Assembly (NCBI GenBank): GCA_041650295.1
Contig: JBAZLM010000003.1
Coordinates: 66,933 to 130,932, forward strand
Length of the DNA stretch: 64,000 nucleotides
From: Candidatus Omnitrophota bacterium
Lineage (GTDB): Bacteria; Omnitrophota; Gorgyraeia; Gygaellales; Profunditerraquicolaceae
Direction: 5' to 3'
Position numbers and translations under genes: made by a program. The notes below the pieces were generated by a model. It was not told the DNA's origin. It worked only from the letters and a program-made list of their open reading frames with translations, and searched no databases. Position 1 is the first letter of the stretch. Each line of letters begins with the position of its first letter. Shown here one piece after another: positions 57,226 through 64,000 of the stretch.

Positions 57226-58595
57226 TTTATAAAAACCTCAAAATCTACCACGTCTTTATCTTTTAATTTACGGCGACGAGTATAACGATTTTGTGCCCCT
57301 TTAAAAGTTTCCGAATTACCTAAGGTATTCGTAAACTCTAAAATATCCGGAATAGTTAAAGCATAGCCACGAATAGTTAAAGATTTACCCAGCTCCCAAT
57401 TATAATTCGTAATTACAATATTCTCCGGACACAGACGATTTAAACCATTAAGATAAGTTAAGGCAGATGCCTTAGGGTCTACATATTGACGAGCAATCTT
57501 TAATTTACTGGTAATATCCTCTAGCTCTTTAGCACTTTTACCTAAAATTTCAACTTTCTTTTTAAGATCCGTGGCATATGATTGTTGCTGCGCTAAGCGC
57601 ACTAACGCCATTCCTCCTAGCATAATTAAAATATAAATAACAGCTACCCCTAAAATCATTAATTGCTGTAACTTTGACTTCATCTCCTTCTTAATTTGAA
57701 TCTCTGGAAGTACAAATTTAATATCTTCTTTAGCTACCTGGGCATTAAAACCTAACAACGCCGACAAAGAGATATTTTTTGCACCGGTAGCTAAAAAATT
57801 ATCATACTCTTTAGAAGAAAGATACTGCACTTTCAAATTAAAATCTTTAGCTAAAATATTTTCAATTAAGGCAAGATAATCACTAGCTGCGCCGGTTAAA
57901 AATAATTTATCACAATGGGCATCCGGGATCTCATTATTTAAAGCCACCAACGCTTGTTTGAACTCAGCAGCAAATTTTTCTTTTTCCAAAGAATCCTTAA
58001 GCTGCTCTGCTCCTTGTGGAATAACCACCGTAGAGCCTAATTTTTGTTTATGCACTAAAACTAAATCACTATAATTAGCATCGATATCTAAAATCATATA
58101 TGAATCAGGAAGAGAAAATTTATTCTTAGAAAGATCCGCCACATAATGCAACAAACCTTGCGAACTCATTAAAATGGCTTCCGGTAAAATATTAACCGGT
58201 ACAAAAGCACTGACAATATTTTTGAAAACGTTCTTTAAAGCTACCGCTAAAATTAAATGACTATTACTGATTCCATCAAAACCTAAATTTTGATAGGCCC
58301 AAGAGACCTCTTCCTTATGATAAGGAATCTGGCGAATTAAATAAAGACCTAACATCTGCTCAATCTCGGCAGGATCTTGCGAAGGCAGATCAACGCGACG
58401 CACCGTAATTTTATTACGGCTAAGCACCACAAAAACATCTAAATCTTTACCACATTGATTTTGTTTTAAAACTTTGTTTAAAACTGAGGAGATACTGACA
58501 GGCTCAAGATTAGCTAAGGGCTCAACGTAAACCTTACGGTTGACTGCCACTTTAAGTCCGTGCTCAAAGACTTCAATGATTATTTTAGTGCGCAT
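57222..58595 (-). CDS. gspL: Type II secretion system protein L (PilM-like actin-fold cytoplasmic domain + TM + PilN-like periplasmic domain)
   Basis: 457 aa with a central TM (LMILGVAVIYILIMLGGMALV). Operon context. Confidence 0.6.
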   Translation of the reverse strand: MRTKIIIEVFEHGLKVAVNRKVYVEPLANLEPVSISSVLNKVLKQNQCGKDLDVFVVLSRNKITVRRVDLPSQDPAEIEQMLGLYLIRQIPYHKEEVSWAYQNLGFDGISNSHLILAVALKNVFKNIVSAFVPVNILPEAILMSSQGLLHYVADLSKNKFSLPDSYMILDIDANYSDLVLVHKQKLGSTVVIPQGAEQLKDSLEKEKFAAEFKQALVALNNEIPDAHCDKLFLTGAASDYLALIENILAKDFNLKVQYLSSKEYDNFLATGAKNISLSALLGFNAQVAKEDIKFVLPEIQIKKEMKSKLQQLMILGVAVIYILIMLGGMALVRLAQQQSYATDLKKKVEILGKSAKELEDITSKLKIARQYVDPKASALTYLNGLNRLCPENIVITNYNWELGKSLTIRGYALTIPDILEFTNTLGNSETFKGAQNRYTRRRKLKDKDVVDFEVFIK

Positions 58596-58605
58596 ATTTA
58601 CTTAT

Positions 58606-59829
58606 TTATCCACCCACGATACTGTTCATCTCAAATATCGGTAACAACATAGCAATGACCATTGCTCCAATAATTAAACCTAAAACTAAAATTATCGCCG
58701 GCTCAATCAAAGAACTCAAAGTTTTTAAATCTGATTCGATCTCTTTTTCATAGGATTCTGCAATATCGGCTAAAACTACATCTAAGCGACCGCCTTCTTC
58801 ACCTACTCGCACCATCTGCACAAAAAAATCCGGGAAGATTTTAAATTTAGCCAAAGCATCCGAAAAAGGAATACCCTCGCTAATATCTTTACGCACCACT
58901 TCTAATTGCGCAATATAAATCGGTTTACCAATTACTGGAGCAGCATCCACTAATGCAGAAAGTAAATTAACCCCACTTTGTAAAAGCAACGACAGAGATC
59001 GTGAAAAATTAGCCACTGATTGTTTATAAACAATATCTTTAACCAGCGGAATATGATATTTCAAACGACTAAGTATACTTTCTTTATCCGCACCCTTGAT
59101 CTTTAAAATAAAAGTCAATACTGTAACTAAAAGAATAACTATCCACCAATAACTTTGTAAAAAGCTAGAAATTTTTAATAAAATCAGCGTCGGCATGGGT
59201 AGTTGTGCCTGGAAATCATCAAACATCCCCGCCAAGCGCGGCAAGACAAAAGTAAGCATCACAAAAATTGTCCCCAACCCCACTACGCTCATAAAAATCG
59301 GATAGGCCAGAGCTTGTTTTACTTTTAATTTTAAATCGGAAAGCCTGCGCAAATAATCTAATAACTGCACCAATGATTCTTTAAGTTTTCCGGTAGACTC
59401 TCCGGTATGCACAATATTTACATAAAGCCTGGGAAAATATTTCGGATAGCGGCTCAAACAAGTTGAAAAAGGCACTCCTTCTTTTATCTGATGGATTATT
59501 TCCGCCAATAATTTTTTTTCAACCCGATTATCACAATTTTTTTCTAAAAGCCTTAAAGCACTTAATAACTCTACACGAGAATTAATCAAATTATAAAGTT
59601 TCTGCGTAAACAAGGTCAACTGTTTTAAGCCAAACTTACCAGCTTTTATCTTTGCATTATTTTTTAAATCTAAAACGGAGGCTGACAAAACTACCGCTAC
59701 TGGCTCAACTGAAATTGGCACTAATCCTTGGCTTTGCAACTGCTCCAGCACACTCTCAACACTAGCGCCTTGCAGATTGCCTTGCACAACTTCATTAAGA
59801 TTCTTTTTAGCTTTATATTTAAATTCCAT
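58606..59829 (-). CDS. gspF: Type II secretion system inner-membrane platform protein GspF
   Basis: 407 aa. Duplicated T2SSF domains with three TM helices. Confidence 0.85.
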   Translation of the reverse strand: MEFKYKAKKNLNEVVQGNLQGASVESVLEQLQSQGLVPISVEPVAVVLSASVLDLKNNAKIKAGKFGLKQLTLFTQKLYNLINSRVELLSALRLLEKNCDNRVEKKLLAEIIHQIKEGVPFSTCLSRYPKYFPRLYVNIVHTGESTGKLKESLVQLLDYLRRLSDLKLKVKQALAYPIFMSVVGLGTIFVMLTFVLPRLAGMFDDFQAQLPMPTLILLKISSFLQSYWWIVILLVTVLTFILKIKGADKESILSRLKYHIPLVKDIVYKQSVANFSRSLSLLLQSGVNLLSALVDAAPVIGKPIYIAQLEVVRKDISEGIPFSDALAKFKIFPDFFVQMVRVGEEGGRLDVVLADIAESYEKEIESDLKTLSSLIEPAIILVLGLIIGAMVIAMLLPIFEMNSIVGG

Positions 59830-59830
59830 T

Positions 59831-61446
59831 TTATTCTAGCTCCACCACGCGCAAGATCTCTTCTTTTGTAGTTAGGCCTTGCTCGACTAATTGCATCCCG
59901 TTTTCCATAAGCGTACGCATGCCATTTTTACGCGCTTTATCCTTAATCTCTTGGGCATTTTTATGTTCAACAATCATCTGACGAATATTATTGTCAATAA
60001 CCATAATTTCATAAATCGGACGGCGCCCCTTAAATCCAGTTTCACTACAAGACTCACAGCCTTTACCCTTACATAATGGACAAAGTAGACGCACCAGACG
60101 TTGGGCAATAATTACTTCTACTGAGGAAGCTAATAAATATGGTTGAATACCCATGTCCATCAGACGAGCAATACCACTAGCTGAATCATTGGTGTGCAAA
60201 GTTGAGAAAACTAAGTGCCCAGTTAAAGAAGAACGGATAGCTAAATCCGCTGTCTCTGAATCGCGAATCTCACCGATCATCATAATATCCGGATCATGTC
60301 TTAAAACACTTCTTAAAGCCGCAGCAAAGGTTAAGCCCACTTTAGGATTAACATGAATCTGCGTAATTCCTTCAATCGCATATTCAACCGGATCTTCAAT
60401 GCTAATAATTTTAACTTCTTTACGATTTAATCGGCTCAAACATGTATAAAGAGTCGTGGTTTTTCCGCTTCCGGTAGGACCAGTTAATAAAATAATCCCG
60501 TGCGGTTTTTGAATCAATTTATTAATCGTCTCTAAATCCTGCACGGAAAAACCAATTTTATCTAGATCTAATAAAACCTGCGAAGGTAAGATGCGGATTA
60601 CTACATTTTCACCAAAGTAGCCCTGCAGAATTGATACCCGCAAATCCACTTCTTGACCATCCAGTAATCTTACTTTAGCCCGACCATCTTGCGGAATGCG
60701 ATGCTCTACCACATCTAAATGACACATAATCTTAATGCGAGAAACAATTGCCGGCTCAATATAATAAGCATCTTGAGGCATCTTCATCTCGCGTAAAACA
60801 CCGTCGATACGATAACGCAACACTACTTTATCCACATAAATTTCAATGTGAATATCGGTAGCCCGCATTTTTATCGCCTCAGTAATAATTTGATTCACTA
60901 ATTTTATAACCGAAGCCTCATCGGCATTTCTTTCAATATCTTCCACGCTCTCATCTTTTACTAATTTTGTACCGGCGCTGGCCTTATCTTCCATAATCTT
61001 ATCCACCGTGCCAGCCACTGCTCCGTAATATTTACGAATCGCTGTCTCTACTTCATGACGGCTGGTTAAAACCCTAGCTACTTGAAATCCTAAATTTAAT
61101 TTTATATTCTCAGCCAGCCAGACATCCATCGGATTATATACGGCCACCGTTAATACAGAACCTTCTAAATTAATCGGCATAAAACCATAATGTTGCACAA
61201 ATTTTGCCGGCACGGCTTTAACAGCCTCTGAAGAGATACGCACTTCTTTTAAATGTAAATAAAATGGTAAATTAAATTGTTCGGCCAATACTTTTAAAAG
61301 ATCAACTTCTTTCACTAGGCCCTGATTAATCAGAATCTTACCTAACATCTCTCCATTGCCAGCTGACTCTTTTAAAGCAACATCCACTTGCTCTTGCGTA
61401 ACCAAACCTTTTTTTACTAAAACCTCACCTAATAATTTTATTAACA

Positions 61447-61447
<1 letters not shown>
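59831..61447 (-). CDS. gspE: Type II secretion ATPase GspE
   Basis: N1 domain, Walker A LLTGPTGSGKTTTLY and tetracysteine motif CPLCKGKGCESC. Confidence 0.9.
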
Positions 61448-63683
<2,236 letters not shown>

Positions 63684-63689
63684 CTAAAT

Positions 63690-64000
63690 TTATCCTGGCA
63701 AAAGAGTCCTAAAAAACTCTTTAATTGCTTTATCTAAAGTTGACTTAACCTCAGGAGTTAATTCACCGCGTTTATTTAAATCATCAACTAAGCTATGATT
63801 ATATTTTTCTAAATGGGCAAAAAAATCTTTTTTAAATAACTTAACCTGGCTTAAATCCAATGACTCTAGGATTTTTTGCTGAAAAGCATAGAAGATGGCA
63901 ATCTCCTCAGCTTGAGAGAGTGGGGCATTATTCTCCTGAGTTAAAAGCTCATACAAGGTATGGCCGCGCTGCAGCTGCATCGTTGCCTCCGGCGAAAGTT
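63690..64000 (-). CDS. atpA: F-type ATP synthase alpha subunit, C-terminal fragment (gene continues beyond window)
   Basis: C-terminal alpha-subunit helical domain (QAEEIAIFYAFQQKILESLDLSQVKLF ...). No start codon inside the window. Confidence 0.7.
   Translation of the reverse strand, partial: LSPEATMQLQRGHTLYELLTQENNAPLSQAEEIAIFYAFQQKILESLDLSQVKLFKKDFFAHLEKYNHSLVDDLNKRGELTPEVKSTLDKAIKEFFRTLLPG

Overview
The window is 64 kb of low-GC (about 35-38%) bacterial DNA with almost all genes on the minus strand, packed into operons. Lnt, an LpxL-type lipid A acyltransferase, LptE, BamD, a TpsA/TpsB pair and a type II secretion cluster mark it as a diderm. It may be an uncultivated Omnitrophota- or Elusimicrobiota-like lineage; that is a guess, not a determination. 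The housekeeping genes are bioY, secA, prfB (with the classic CTT-TGA-C +1 frameshift), pilT, murJ, rpsT, holA, comEC/comEA, leuS (broken by an apparent 1-bp frameshift), nfo, rlmN, a methionine-salvage trio (PNP family, mtnA, mtnB-SCP2), crcB plus DUF190, gspE-F-L-M-G-I-J-K, and atpA(partial)-atpG-atpD. Seven things deserve a second look:
- A 13-bp inverted-repeat hairpin (CCCCGTTAGARAT) occurs three times. One copy carries a GIY-YIG nuclease gene in its loop. One empty copy sits in-frame in the first 25 codons of holA. The third lies between two divergent tRNAs.
- A free-standing double-motif LAGLIDADG homing endonuclease sits immediately 3' of tRNA-Leu.
- A two-partner secretion system encodes a 2388-aa TpsA with the TPS (NPNGI) domain, an unfamiliar 15-residue Gly/Asn repeat lattice and MBG-type repeats. 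Two paralogous 67-aa proteins are wedged between tpsB and tpsA.
- A type II PKS-like cluster has KS-alpha, a Cys-less KS-beta/CLF, ACP, an SDR ketoreductase, an SRPBCC cyclase and a PF04199 cyclase. It is joined by a B12-binding radical SAM enzyme, a tandem Cys-rich TIGR04076-like protein, a PanE-like reductase and a PCP_red-like protein.
- A GC-rich, roughly 175-nt non-coding element is present in two inverted copies (20605-20781 and 47099-47270).
- Two copies of a roughly 75-nt hairpin leader pair the Shine-Dalgarno sequence in front of GTG-start genes.
- A three-way-junction leader precedes KS-alpha.
No CRISPR array and no rRNA are present.
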